Source of the DNA: Deltaproteobacteria bacterium
GTDB lineage: Bacteria; Desulfobacterota; Binatia; Binatales; Binataceae
Direction: 5' to 3'
Assembly: GCA_003161515.1 (NCBI GenBank)
Contig: PMOH01000316.1
Location: 1,210 to 65,209 of the forward strand
Length of the DNA: 64,000 nucleotides
In this document: positions 38,450-48,819 of the stretch, one piece after another
How positions within the stretch are numbered: position 1 is the first letter of the stretch
Layout: each line of letters starts with the position of its first letter
Notes under the pieces: generated by a model
What the model was told of the DNA's origin: nothing
The model's database searches: none
The model's input: the letters and a program-made list of their open reading frames with translations, nothing else
Position numbers and translations under genes: made by a program

Positions 38450-39910
38450 ATGCCTGAGATCCCACAGTTAGCGCAGAGCGACCTGCTCAATCAGTTTCTC
38501 AGCCTCTTCCCTGAAGGTTGGGCGGGTGATGACGCGCGCGGCCCCGGCGGCAAGCTCTGGGCTCTATATCAGTCTCTCGCTGGGGGACTCGCGGACCAAC
38601 TTGGTGCCAATCCGAAAATTGCGGGCGCGCCGACAATTCAGTTCGCGCGGGACCTCACCAGGATATCCACGGCGACGGGAGTGGGACTCGATACCCTCGC
38701 GCAAGACTTCTTTGGTGCCACTTTTCCGCGGATGCCGACGGAGAACGATGTCTCGTACCGCGCGCGCATCCTTGCGGCTCTCTTGGTCCCGCGCGTTACC
38801 AGGCCGGCGATCTCAAACGCGATCGCAAAGCTGACCGGACAGATTCCCCGGATGACTGAGCCGTGGAACCCCGGCGATACTTCGGCCTACGACGAGCTAT
38901 CATTCTTCGATACCGACTACGCGAATGCCCCAGCGCGATATGGCGATGAGTTGCCCTATCAAGGAATGATCGAGCTGAACGTGCCCCTGTTTTCGATCAC
39001 TGGCGCGCAAGCGATATGGGGCTTCGACGACGGGGCGGCCTTCGACGTTCCGACCTCGGCGTACTTTGATTTCACTCAAGAACTGAGCCCGACATTCGAA
39101 GCCGAGGTGGCAGCCCTCATTGCCGCCTTCAAGGCCGAGGGAACGCTGGTTTGGCTGCGCAATTGGGCCGCTGTCCCCTCCGGGCTTCTTGGTAGCACTG
39201 CGCTGGGCGTCATAGCGTTTTTGCAAGGGGCCGTGCTCGCCGGGCAAGTAGGCACGGGCAGCACCTTCCTATTACGAAATCTGAACGGAAAGTTCACGAT
39301 CCTGCTTGAGACCCCATCCTGGATGACGTCGACGTGGATCGTGAGAGAGGGCGTGAACTTCACCGTTGCATTCTCGGATGTCGCTCCCGCTGCGGGGCAA
39401 TTGGGTTGGCTCGCTCTCGGATTCGATCGTAGCTTTGTTGTACCGGTCAACCAAGGCCAGACACGCGTCGAACTAATCATTCCGACAGGGCCGGGGTCGC
39501 CATGGCAGTCGGGTGTTGTGAGCAACCAGGTGCCCGCTTTGCTCCCGCTGATCACCGCTCTTTTCAATACTCGGTGTTGGATCGACACCTTGGCCGTATT
39601 GACCGGCTCGGTGACAGTAGGAATAAGTCTCTCGGCACCAGGTCCAGGCAATCTTTACGTCGTGCCGCTGCCCGCGGGCGGGCCAATTATAACCGGACGC
39701 ACCATCATTCCAGCGGAGGGCGTGACAGCCACAGTGCCGATCACCGGGATACCCGCTGGCGCTGCGTATGCGGTGATGACCATCCCGACTTGGAATACGG
39801 AAGTGGCGATTACCCAGAAAAACAACGGCAGTTTTGTGGTAGCGTTTAGCGATCCGGCGCCTTCGACCGGAGTGGGCACACTTTTTTGGGCAGTGGTGGA
39901 GGGAGTCTAG
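38450..39910 (+). CDS. baseplate/tail protein (gpI-like position)
   Basis: 486 aa, after the J-like gene. Confidence 0.4.
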   Translation: MPEIPQLAQSDLLNQFLSLFPEGWAGDDARGPGGKLWALYQSLAGGLADQLGANPKIAGAPTIQFARDLTRISTATGVGLDTLAQDFFGATFPRMPTENDVSYRARILAALLVPRVTRPAISNAIAKLTGQIPRMTEPWNPGDTSAYDELSFFDTDYANAPARYGDELPYQGMIELNVPLFSITGAQAIWGFDDGAAFDVPTSAYFDFTQELSPTFEAEVAALIAAFKAEGTLVWLRNWAAVPSGLLGSTALGVIAFLQGAVLAGQVGTGSTFLLRNLNGKFTILLETPSWMTSTWIVREGVNFTVAFSDVAPAAGQLGWLALGFDRSFVVPVNQGQTRVELIIPTGPGSPWQSGVVSNQVPALLPLITALFNTRCWIDTLAVLTGSVTVGISLSAPGPGNLYVVPLPAGGPIITGRTIIPAEGVTATVPITGIPAGAAYAVMTIPTWNTEVAITQKNNGSFVVAFSDPAPSTGVGTLFWAVVEGV

Positions 39911-41844
39911 TGAACCGACCCTTAATATATACCGGCGAGATCATACGAACTTTCGACATAGCCTCGGCGTGGCGCGACGCACTCGAAGCCCTCGCTCAAC
40001 TAACCGAGGACTTGCTCGGCGGTTCTACGTCCGTAGCCGCCGGACTCGCAGCGACGCAGCAATCGCCGGAAAGCCTGAGCATCAACATCGCGCCGGGGTC
40101 TTTGTATCTTCTCACAACCGTCGATCCGACCGCCGCGGGCGCGCTGCCCGCGTCGGCGGATATCGCGATGGTGCAGGGTATTCTCGCCGCACAGACGGCT
40201 TTGCTGCTGAGCACATCAGGTCTTGGCGCCGGGCAGAATCGCTACGCGCTAATCGAAGCGACTGTAGTTTTCAACGACGGCGTTCGCGTCGGGGATCCTT
40301 CGGGCGGCGTATTGCCCTTCTACAATTCTCAAAACCCGGCACAGCCCCTTCAGGGACAAGGCGGATCGGGCGGCGTGCTCAATACCGAGCGGTTCGCGAT
40401 AGTCCAATTTCAGATCAATTATGGGGCTCCCGCAGCGACCGGATCGGAAGCACCCCCGAATCCCGATACCAACTATGTGCCTCTATTCTTGATTGATCTG
40501 ACCTTCGGGCAAACCCAGATCAGTCAGGGTGAGATTTTGGTCGCGGGCCCGAGCGTCGGTACGGGTGTACCGAACAATTATCCACAGGCTCCGTTTTTGG
40601 CAGGCTTACTCAACTCTCATCATGGAGGTCTGGCCGGGCAGGCTCCGCAGGTGCGCCTCGCGGCTGCTGGCGGAAATCCTCAAGAAGTCCAAGGAATTCT
40701 TCCGCTGGCCAATCTGCCGGTGACGAACACAGTCGGTGGGGCCGTGATCCCCGTTATCAGAGTGGGAGCTGCGACACCTTCAGGGAATGTCGCGGGCAAC
40801 ACAAACGATCTCTATTGGTCGACGGGATCCGGCAGTCTTTACGTTTGCACCGCCAGCGGAACGGCGTCGACCGCAGTCTGGACAATCGCGGTGACGGTGG
40901 CTGGCGCCGCCCCTACGGGCGCGGCCGGCGGTGCCTTGAATGGCTCGTTTCCGAACCCTGGTATTATCAAAGTCCCCGATGGCGCTGGCGGCGGAGGCGT
41001 GACAGTTGATCCGGCGACGGCCGCAGCGGCAGGAAAGGTTATTCAGGCTTCTAGCTCGAGCGCGGCCGCATGGGCGACGCTTCCGACGCCAAACGCCTTG
41101 GCGGGCGCGCTGAACCTTCGCGGCGACCCCGATGGAAGCAATCCGACGACTACCTTTGATATCACCGCCGACCAGTTGATCTTGCGGGTTCCTGGAACGG
41201 GATTGGCGATCTTAATCACGGCCTTCGCCGCGAATGTCATAATCAATGGCTCGCAGTCCGGATCGCAGGCCAACGGCCGAGATCAAGCCGGGAATTTCAG
41301 CGCGAATACTTTCGTGCATCTGTACGCGATCGGCGGAAATGCGAACACCCCCGCGCTGCTCCTGAGCAACACGGCTCCGCCGACCGGTCCGACCTTGCCG
41401 GGAACTTACTCGGCATGGACGTTTCTCGGGACTTTCCGGCTCGGAGGGACCGGGTTCTTCACGGCGCAGCGATTGCGCGGTTCGAAGATCTACTATGATG
41501 CGCAACAGACGACACCTCTTGTAGCCGGGACGGCGACCACCGAAACCAGCGAGTCGATCAGCTCTCAGGTTCCAGCGATAGCGCTGAGAGCCACGCTGAA
41601 TCTGTTCGGCGCCGCCGCCCCCGGCTCCGGCATCGACGTTTGGGCTTCGATTCGAATCTCAAGCGGCAATGAGTTCTTCCGCTTCGCCTTCAGGGAGGTT
41701 GTTTCGGTGGTTTCGGAGCTAAGCGCGCAGATCGACATACCTAATGTGGGGCAAGCGTTTTTGTATCTGTGGAATACTGGAACCGGGAGTCCCGCCTTGA
41801 CTGCATGGGTGGGTGGCTACGAGGTGCCGAATGGATCGCACTAA
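39886..41844 (+). CDS. tail fibre protein
   Basis: 652 aa, Gly/Ala/Thr-rich beta-type composition, after the baseplate genes. Confidence 0.5.
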   Translation: MGSGGGSLVNRPLIYTGEIIRTFDIASAWRDALEALAQLTEDLLGGSTSVAAGLAATQQSPESLSINIAPGSLYLLTTVDPTAAGALPASADIAMVQGILAAQTALLLSTSGLGAGQNRYALIEATVVFNDGVRVGDPSGGVLPFYNSQNPAQPLQGQGGSGGVLNTERFAIVQFQINYGAPAATGSEAPPNPDTNYVPLFLIDLTFGQTQISQGEILVAGPSVGTGVPNNYPQAPFLAGLLNSHHGGLAGQAPQVRLAAAGGNPQEVQGILPLANLPVTNTVGGAVIPVIRVGAATPSGNVAGNTNDLYWSTGSGSLYVCTASGTASTAVWTIAVTVAGAAPTGAAGGALNGSFPNPGIIKVPDGAGGGGVTVDPATAAAAGKVIQASSSSAAAWATLPTPNALAGALNLRGDPDGSNPTTTFDITADQLILRVPGTGLAILITAFAANVIINGSQSGSQANGRDQAGNFSANTFVHLYAIGGNANTPALLLSNTAPPTGPTLPGTYSAWTFLGTFRLGGTGFFTAQRLRGSKIYYDAQQTTPLVAGTATTETSESISSQVPAIALRATLNLFGAAAPGSGIDVWASIRISSGNEFFRFAFREVVSVVSELSAQIDIPNVGQAFLYLWNTGTGSPALTAWVGGYEVPNGSH

Positions 41845-44800
41845 GCTGGGCACGAGGATACTCTTCGCGGTCGTGATGCTGCTGATGCTGGCCAGCAGCG
41901 CGCGCGCGGACGTGGGCATCTTCCGTCGGAACAACTGCCAGAGCGGTCCGGACGCAGTGACGGCTCCTGTCAACGATCAGACGTGGTGCTTCGACTCGGC
42001 GACCGACAGCCTGTTGCTCTACACTGGAAACGCGTGGGTCAAACAGACCGGGGCAAGTGCCCTCGGCAGTCTCGCAGGAGACACCACCGGGCCGGCAGGC
42101 GCGAACATCACCCATCAGTGGCACCGCACGACCGTCTTGGTGACGACGGCGATGTCCCCCTACACGCAGCTTAGCACCGACTCCTATATAGACTGCCTGC
42201 CAAACACGGGGGCCGTAACTATCAATCTGTTAGTGACCTCCGATGTCGGGAACCCCACCGGGAACGTCCTGACGGTCAAGAACCAACTTCCAGCGAGTGC
42301 GGCCTGCAACATCGTTCCTCACGCTGGAGATACCATCGATGGTGCGTCGGGCACTTATGCCGTCACCAGCCCGCAACCGCTAAATCTTCACAATGCGAAT
42401 ATCGCTGGAACAGGTTCGTGGGAACGATGGTCGGGAATTCTCCCCGGCACGACCTGCGTAAATCAGTTCGCGAGCGCGATCGACACCACGGGAACGTTGA
42501 CGTGCTCGAGCGTCAATTTGTCCAACTCGGTAACCGGAACCCTGCCGAACGCCAATGGTGGAAGCGGCACCGTCTATGGAGCGCCCGCGTATTTCTCCCA
42601 GATTTCCAATGCGGGCGGCGCGATCGGCACGACCGCCAACAAGCTCGCCAAAGTGACCGGTAATCCCTCGACGGCCCTTATTTCAACCGCGGGCGATACG
42701 TCTGGCGCGTTGGGCATCGTTACCGCCGGCGCTGGCATCGGTGGAACGGCCACGATTCAGATGTCGGGCCTCACCAATTGCGTATTCGATAATTCGACCT
42801 TGGCGGGCGACTATGTGGCTATCAGCCCGAGCGTCGCGGGGGATTGCCACGACGCCGGAGCTTCTTTCCCGACCAGCGGTCAAGTCCTGGGGCGCGTGCT
42901 ATCGACCAACGGCTCGGCGGGCACCTATCAGATGTTCCTGTTTGCGGCCGAGCAACAAGGATCGTCGGCGTCTAGCAGCGGGACTGTCACCAGCGTCGGC
43001 GTGTCGGTTGCGTCAGTGCCGGAGATCGCGGTGTCGGGCGGACCCATCACCGGCGCGGGGACATTCACCTTTACGAAGAACTCCGAGAGCGCGAATACGT
43101 TCGCCGGTGGCCCTGCCAGTGGTGGTGCGACGGCATGGGCTTTCCGCCTCCTGGTAGGTGCGGACCTTCCGAATCCTTCGAGTACCAGCTTGGGCGGTAT
43201 TCAAAGCATCGTCGCGCAGACTCACAAATGGATCAATTCGATCTCGACCTTGGGCGTGCCGAATCTCGTGCAGCCTGCGTGCGCTGACCTCTCGGATTCG
43301 AGTCCATCGTGTTCGACCGATACCACGAACGCGGCGAATATCAGCTCGGGAACTTTGGCGGCAGCGCGGCTTCCGAATCCCTCGGCCACGACGATCGGCG
43401 GAGTCGAGAGCGAAGTAAATTCAGCGCACTTCTTTCTGACTGGCATCACGACGCTCGGTGTTGTATCGAATGCCCAGCCTGACTTCAGCGATCTCACGGG
43501 CACAGCGACCGACGCTCAACTCGCGAATGGCTATTCCGGGACAGGCGCGTGCGCCGCGCATAAGTGGGCGAGCACGCTCAATCGCAACGCGATCCAGACC
43601 TGCACGCAGCCGGACGCGAGCGACATCACCAGCCTGGTCGCGTCCGCGACGACGGACACAACCAACGCATCCAACATATCGAGCGGGACTCTTGCGCAGG
43701 CGCGACTTTCCGCCGGCTATGCAGCGCCGACGGCACATTCGTTTATCATTGGGCAAGGAACAAGCGCCCCGACAGCGTTGAATTGCGCGAGCGGCACCTT
43801 CGCGTATGGGCAGGGAGCGAGCGTGGACCCGATATGCCATACGCTCGGTGCGGCTGACATCAGCGGGGCATTCGGAAGTCAGACGGCGAATACGTTTTAC
43901 TCGGCACCGAACGGAAGCTCGGGAACGCCAAACTTTCGCACGATCGCTGGTGCGGACCTTCCTAATCCCTCCGCGAGTTTGCTCGGTGGCACCGAGAGCA
44001 AGGCGAGCGCGGCGCATTTCTTTCTCACCGGCATTTCGACATCGGGCGTACCCTCTTCAGCGCAACCTGATTTCACAGATCTAACTGGTGGTGCTACCGC
44101 CGCACAAATCTTAACCGCGCTCGCATCTCCACCGCCTGAGGGCACCGGCACGCCGAACACAGGTATCTTCAGTCCGTTCAAAGGTTCTGGGAACGGCGCA
44201 ACTATAGATACTACGGTTGCGAATCCATTTATAGGCGGGATTAGCGGAGTGCGCGCCAATGAGAAGAGCGTGGATGCTTTTGGTGCACCGACTGGTACAA
44301 CCGGAACCTCACTTACTTTGAATGGCACAACGACCTTGACTATGGCGGGCGGAGTGCCTGCCACTTGGCTCCCTAATACTTATTTTGCAATTCCTAAGGG
44401 TGGCCCTGCGCCTATGGTAAACACTCCGAGTGTCACCACCAACGGCACCACAACCGCAATTCTGATGCAACTTACCGGCGATAATACCGGCGGAGGAACC
44501 AACGCTGCTCGCGTCAAGGCAGGTTGCGCCACGCCAATAGTTAAGGTGTATTGCCCAGGAGGCAGCACAACTTGCACAGTGACTAACCAGAGTGATTTTG
44601 AAGATCCGTCCATAGTGGGGGGTGCTAAATCTTGCATCGACATCGCAGGCCAGACCGTAGGTGGTTCAACTCACTGCGCAGGAGGGACGGGGACCACTTT
44701 CCAGGTTGTCGCTATAAGTGGTTCGGATTCGATTATTCTCGACGTTGCACCAACTTCAACAAGTGCTGCGGCAGTGACGTTCAATGCCCCAACCGCTTGC

Positions 44801-47005
44801 GGTACGACCAGACGAGCACAGACCTTTGCCTGCGACGAGTATCATGGCTGTTCGGGTCCGACTGCCGTTCAACAGATTACCAACGGAGCGGCAGCACTCA
44901 ATCACGGAAACTCGTTGCTGTGGCAGTCGCCTTCGTGGCCGACAGGAACTCCGATCACAGTTAGCGGAGTTTCGTGGGCAAGTGGGTTGGTTACGGCTAC
45001 TACTTCAAGTCCTCACGGTTGGGTTGGAAATCCTTTTCTTACGATAGCGTCCACTAACGGCAATTTGGTTTATACAGGTCCGGTGACTATCACTGGGGCC
45101 AGCACGTTTGCTTATCCTGTCGCCGCAACTCCAGGTGCTGTGGGTACTACAACCGCCGCCCTTGAGGCCAGCTTCGTAGGTTACTGCGGATGTACGGGAG
45201 CAGCCTGTACGCCAGTGCTTCGGCAATCAAAAACGCCGGAATATACTTCTAATAACGGGGAGGTAGAGCCGTTCAACAGTGATTTGTATGCATTCTTAGA
45301 TGCTCACACACCAGCCTTTCCGAAGAATCTAAGCATCTTCGATTTTGATAGACCGTGGGCCTACGATCCTCAAAACAGCGGGACTGTGTGCCCTGCTACG
45401 GCCTCGAACGGAACTCTCTACGGGAAAATCATCTCGACGACCTCAACCACGGTAGTTTTTACGAATCTCTATAACACTACGATTCAGACTGGAAGCTTTA
45501 CCGGATACTTGAATGCCGGACCCCATATCCAAGCTACGAGTGTTGCTTCTGGTGCTGGCAACGACGCTTCCGGTAAGACATATCTTCCAAGGGCGATATA
45601 TCCGATCTTTGGTAATCCAGGAAATATCAACAGCGTTGGTATTCAAACTCTTAACGTTCTAACGCCTGAATTTGAAAGCTCGGGCAATGATAGTGTCGAA
45701 TACACCGCAAATACTGGTGTTGGCGGAAGTGAATTGGTGCCGATGGAATTCGGCATGACGATGTTTGGGCTTTATCAAACATTGAGTCCACAACTGTCCG
45801 GTCTTACAATGATCAACGATGGTGGCGCTACCCCGTCGATCTATATTGATTTTGATGGCTTCGATGTAGGTAACGGGAACGGGGTTGGGCACACGCCAAG
45901 TCGGATGCAGTTAAGTCATATTCATACGAGTGCTGCTCACATCGGACTGCGTAAGGCCAACATCAATAATCAGAATGTTGAAAACGGCTTATTTACCGAT
46001 GTCGTTCTTGGACCAGGAGGGACAAGCCTGAATAGCGACATCTCGTGGTGGAATGGAAATGGCAACGCGCTTGAAGATACGTGGATCAATAGTAATTGGG
46101 ACGCGAGCATAGGAGTCGCAGACAACTTAGCCGGCTTCACTCGTATATCTACCTCATGCTCACAAGTCGGAGCGGTCTGTATTTGGGAACTGGGTGGCTA
46201 CGGCGGACCTATATCGATTACTGGCTACAATCGAGATGAGCATCTTGAGAGGGAGTACTTCGGTGCTGGTTTAGGCGCATTAGGCGCTGGTCAAAATGTT
46301 TCTATTTCTGGAGCGGAGTTTACGGACGCAACGGTTCCCCCCGATGGGATGTACTTCGCGATGACGGGAGCCGGAACAGTCAGGATTACGGACTCAGAGT
46401 TCGATCAAGTTCCGGCTGGCATACAGAGCGATTACTCTACAGTGTTATTTCCAAATGGAGTGCTCTGGCCTGGTCAGTCAAACGGGGCTACTGGGGGTTG
46501 GACTATTTCTGATGGCACCCAGTGGGGTCCGGGGTTCTGTACGGGAGCTGCCTTTAATCAAGTCAATGGTGGAGAAGAGCGCGCAGATAGGTGTCTTAAT
46601 TCGTCTGGCATAGTCCAACCCGTCTCTACCATGTACGAGAGAACTTCTGGCAAAGGATTTCAATTTGGACTACCAAGTGGGGGTGGGAAAGGTCAAGGCA
46701 CAATTAACGTACAGAATGGCTTATATCTCAACGGTAGTCTTAAGGGGATACCGTTCGCGTCGGCTACGATGTCAGTTACTGCCCCTACAGCAGTCGGTTG
46801 CGTAGATGGGACTGTTGCGGTAGCCGGTTCAACTATAGGCATGTCGGTGAATTGCACACCGCAAACAAATCCTACAGGGACAGGCGGACTAATTGCTCTC
46901 TATGGATTTCTCTCCGCTGCCGGGACAGCGGATTGCCACGTCTGTAATCTAGCGGTCGAAACATCTCCACCGGCAACCACTTATAACGTCACGGTCTCAA
47001 ATTGA
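41813..47005 (+). CDS. giant tail fibre / host-recognition protein
   Basis: 1730 aa, Thr/Ser/Gly/Asn-rich. It has an N-terminal signal/anchor-like hydrophobic segment, three internal repeats of about 110 aa, and a C-terminal beta-helix-like region. Confidence 0.5.
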   Translation: MATRCRMDRTKLGTRILFAVVMLLMLASSARADVGIFRRNNCQSGPDAVTAPVNDQTWCFDSATDSLLLYTGNAWVKQTGASALGSLAGDTTGPAGANITHQWHRTTVLVTTAMSPYTQLSTDSYIDCLPNTGAVTINLLVTSDVGNPTGNVLTVKNQLPASAACNIVPHAGDTIDGASGTYAVTSPQPLNLHNANIAGTGSWERWSGILPGTTCVNQFASAIDTTGTLTCSSVNLSNSVTGTLPNANGGSGTVYGAPAYFSQISNAGGAIGTTANKLAKVTGNPSTALISTAGDTSGALGIVTAGAGIGGTATIQMSGLTNCVFDNSTLAGDYVAISPSVAGDCHDAGASFPTSGQVLGRVLSTNGSAGTYQMFLFAAEQQGSSASSSGTVTSVGVSVASVPEIAVSGGPITGAGTFTFTKNSESANTFAGGPASGGATAWAFRLLVGADLPNPSSTSLGGIQSIVAQTHKWINSISTLGVPNLVQPACADLSDSSPSCSTDTTNAANISSGTLAAARLPNPSATTIGGVESEVNSAHFFLTGITTLGVVSNAQPDFSDLTGTATDAQLANGYSGTGACAAHKWASTLNRNAIQTCTQPDASDITSLVASATTDTTNASNISSGTLAQARLSAGYAAPTAHSFIIGQGTSAPTALNCASGTFAYGQGASVDPICHTLGAADISGAFGSQTANTFYSAPNGSSGTPNFRTIAGADLPNPSASLLGGTESKASAAHFFLTGISTSGVPSSAQPDFTDLTGGATAAQILTALASPPPEGTGTPNTGIFSPFKGSGNGATIDTTVANPFIGGISGVRANEKSVDAFGAPTGTTGTSLTLNGTTTLTMAGGVPATWLPNTYFAIPKGGPAPMVNTPSVTTNGTTTAILMQLTGDNTGGGTNAARVKAGCATPIVKVYCPGGSTTCTVTNQSDFEDPSIVGGAKSCIDIAGQTVGGSTHCAGGTGTTFQVVAISGSDSIILDVAPTSTSAAAVTFNAPTACGTTRRAQTFACDEYHGCSGPTAVQQITNGAAALNHGNSLLWQSPSWPTGTPITVSGVSWASGLVTATTSSPHGWVGNPFLTIASTNGNLVYTGPVTITGASTFAYPVAATPGAVGTTTAALEASFVGYCGCTGAACTPVLRQSKTPEYTSNNGEVEPFNSDLYAFLDAHTPAFPKNLSIFDFDRPWAYDPQNSGTVCPATASNGTLYGKIISTTSTTVVFTNLYNTTIQTGSFTGYLNAGPHIQATSVASGAGNDASGKTYLPRAIYPIFGNPGNINSVGIQTLNVLTPEFESSGNDSVEYTANTGVGGSELVPMEFGMTMFGLYQTLSPQLSGLTMINDGGATPSIYIDFDGFDVGNGNGVGHTPSRMQLSHIHTSAAHIGLRKANINNQNVENGLFTDVVLGPGGTSLNSDISWWNGNGNALEDTWINSNWDASIGVADNLAGFTRISTSCSQVGAVCIWELGGYGGPISITGYNRDEHLEREYFGAGLGALGAGQNVSISGAEFTDATVPPDGMYFAMTGAGTVRITDSEFDQVPAGIQSDYSTVLFPNGVLWPGQSNGATGGWTISDGTQWGPGFCTGAAFNQVNGGEERADRCLNSSGIVQPVSTMYERTSGKGFQFGLPSGGGKGQGTINVQNGLYLNGSLKGIPFASATMSVTAPTAVGCVDGTVAVAGSTIGMSVNCTPQTNPTGTGGLIALYGFLSAAGTADCHVCNLAVETSPPATTYNVTVSN
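43150..44110 (+). repeat. three tandem roughly 110-aa domain repeats inside the giant fibre gene
   Basis: The block ADLPNPS..LGG.ES...AHFFLTGI.T.GV.S.AQPDF.DLTG.AT.AQ recurs three times in the translation. Confidence 0.6.
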
Positions 47006-47093
47006 GAGGATAAGGATTCGGGCGGGCTGTGCGGCGGAACTTTGGAAAGGGTTACTGCCCGCCCGATGACTCAGAAAGATACTTATCCGAGGC
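47006..47093 (+). terminator. nested inverted repeat after the fibre gene
   Basis: TCGGGCGGGC ... GCCCGCCCGA is a 10-bp GC stem. It is nested inside GGATAAG ... CTTATCC. There is no clean U-tract. Confidence 0.3.
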
Positions 47094-47160
47094 ACCCTGA
47101 TCAAGTAACATGCGCGATGGACCGAATCACGTATGCGTCCGTCAATTCGGAGCAACCCTG

Positions 47161-47676
47161 ATGTCATTTGCCAAGGCACTCAACTTCACTCTCATGGACT
47201 TGGAAGGCGGCTACGTGCTTACCGACCGCCCCGGAGACGCGGGGGGCCCCACCTATGCGGGCATCACCGAACGTCTCGCGGTCGCGGCTGGCTATCAATG
47301 GCATCCGCCCTTTGACCCCGTCGAAGTAGCCAACATCTATCGCTCGCAGTTCTGGGATACTTGCCGCTGTAGTGAACTCCCCGAGCCTTCCGATGCCGTC
47401 CTGTTTCAATGCGCCGTGAACATCGGGCAGGGCGAGGCGCTTAAGATCGACCACGAAGAAGTAAAGATATTTCAACGCGCGATAGGCGTGACCCCTGATG
47501 GTGATTTTGGACCGAAGACACTGGCGGCGGCCCTGTCAGTGGCGCGCGACACGCTCCCCGACCTGATCCTAGAGGAGCAGGACGCGTACTATCGCATGAT
47601 AGGCGGGTCTAACGTGAAGGGCTGGCTCAACCGCACCGAGAAGGTCCGCAAGGCGATCGCTACCGGGGTGTTGTAG
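47161..47676 (+). CDS. endolysin (GH108 lysozyme-like domain + PG_binding_3)
   Basis: LEGGYVLTDRPGDAGGPTYAGIT is the GH108 catalytic-region signature. The C-terminus is IGVTPDGDFGPKTLAAA peptidoglycan-binding. The ORF could start at ATG 47110. Confidence 0.6.
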   Translation: MSFAKALNFTLMDLEGGYVLTDRPGDAGGPTYAGITERLAVAAGYQWHPPFDPVEVANIYRSQFWDTCRCSELPEPSDAVLFQCAVNIGQGEALKIDHEEVKIFQRAIGVTPDGDFGPKTLAAALSVARDTLPDLILEEQDAYYRMIGGSNVKGWLNRTEKVRKAIATGVL

Positions 47677-47953
47677 GAGGTGCCCCTGCCGCTGCTGCGG
47701 AATCTGCACGCTGCTGAGGCGATCCCGATTGCTTCTTTCTCACCCGCGAGAATGAAACGGCCAGATACTTCGACAGAGCTTTGTTCGCAGCCTCTTTCAC
47801 CCACGCGCTAATCGGGAATCTGAACGTAAACTTGCAGTGCGGGCAGGTGATCTCTCCGTTGCCCTGGTAGTCGGGATCGGGCTTGCCGGGCCGCTGTCGC
47901 TTGTTCTTGTAGAGCGCTCCGGAGTTGGGGTAGTAATTTCGCTGCGCCTGCAT
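47660..47953 (-). CDS. small CxxC protein
   Basis: 97 aa with CPHCKF and basic tails. Confidence 0.3.
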   Translation of the reverse strand: MQAQRNYYPNSGALYKNKRQRPGKPDPDYQGNGEITCPHCKFTFRFPISAWVKEAANKALSKYLAVSFSRVRKKQSGSPQQRADSAAAAGAPPTTPR

Positions 47954-47956
47954 TTC

Positions 47957-48064
47957 TCACCTCAGGATTAAAACAATGTAAGCGATTGCGACAAGCACAT
48001 ACACGAAGGCGATAATGACGCGTGTGCGCAGCGACAGATTGAATAAATGCAGCTTACCTATCAT
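47957..48064 (-). CDS. 35-aa hydrophobic membrane peptide
   Basis: Translates as MIGKLHLFNLSLRTRVIIAFVYVLVAIAYIVLILR. An ATGA overlap with the upstream exonuclease stop suggests translational coupling. Not in the ORF track because it is under 60 aa. Confidence 0.3.
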   Translation of the reverse strand: MIGKLHLFNLSLRTRVIIAFVYVLVAIAYIVLILR

Positions 48065-48819
48065 CGCGTTGCGAATTCCTTCATTGCCGCACCTTCAAGC
48101 TCAACGACCTGTTCCAACCCGAGATTACCACGTAGCATCTCATACCGAAGAAACAGGATATAGGTCCGGAGAACGTTGTCGCCACAGTAACCAGCGATGA
48201 GCTCGAGCTCCCCGGCGTCCCAGTATTCCTGCACCAACGAGCCGTCGATCCCGCTTTTGGCCGGCCCTCCCAAGAATTGCATGATGAGGTCGAGCCCGCC
48301 GCGGCGCATATCCATGCGCACGGCGTCCATCAGGTCGATGTGACGCGTCGCGCGGTAGCGATCGCGCCCCTTGGCCATGTGCAGCGGCGCAGAGAGGCCC
48401 AGCTTCATCGCGTGGAGATCCAGGAGCGGCAGATCGTACCCTCGGCCGTTGAAACTGACCAAGCGGCCGTCGAAAGCCTCGTAGCGGCGCCAGAAATCCA
48501 GAACCAGGTCGTTCTCGACGGCCTTCGTTTCGATGCCCAACAGATTGAAGTTCCCGTCCACCTGGCCGTATGCGATCGCGATCGGTATGTGGCAGGCGAG
48601 CGGAGCCATCGGCGCGCGGCCGTTGGGCAGCCGGAAGCGCCCGAGGAATTCCTGGTACGCTGCAGCGTCGCGCTCCTCTTCCGTCGCGTCGCGGGTTTCG
48701 CCCTTATCTTGGTCGAACGCGAACCGGGTGAAATCGATGCCTTCGGTGAGCTGCGGGAAGGCTTGGCGGAGCAGGGATTTATTTACCCGAGCCTCTACAT
48801 CGAAAATTACGTGATTCAA
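48061..48819 (-). CDS. RNase-H-fold 3'-5' exonuclease (DnaQ/PolB-exo-like)
   Basis: Starts IFDVE, with acidic motifs and a YCGDNV (Exo III-like YxxxD) motif. Confidence 0.5.
   Translation of the reverse strand: MNHVIFDVEARVNKSLLRQAFPQLTEGIDFTRFAFDQDKGETRDATEEERDAAAYQEFLGRFRLPNGRAPMAPLACHIPIAIAYGQVDGNFNLLGIETKAVENDLVLDFWRRYEAFDGRLVSFNGRGYDLPLLDLHAMKLGLSAPLHMAKGRDRYRATRHIDLMDAVRMDMRRGGLDLIMQFLGGPAKSGIDGSLVQEYWDAGELELIAGYCGDNVLRTYILFLRYEMLRGNLGLEQVVELEGAAMKEFATR

Noticed and set aside
42418-44364. Multiple ORFs of 60-200 aa on either strand within the giant fibre gene
   Set aside because: They are fully nested in a 5.2-kb continuous ORF and have Arg-rich, low-complexity translations.
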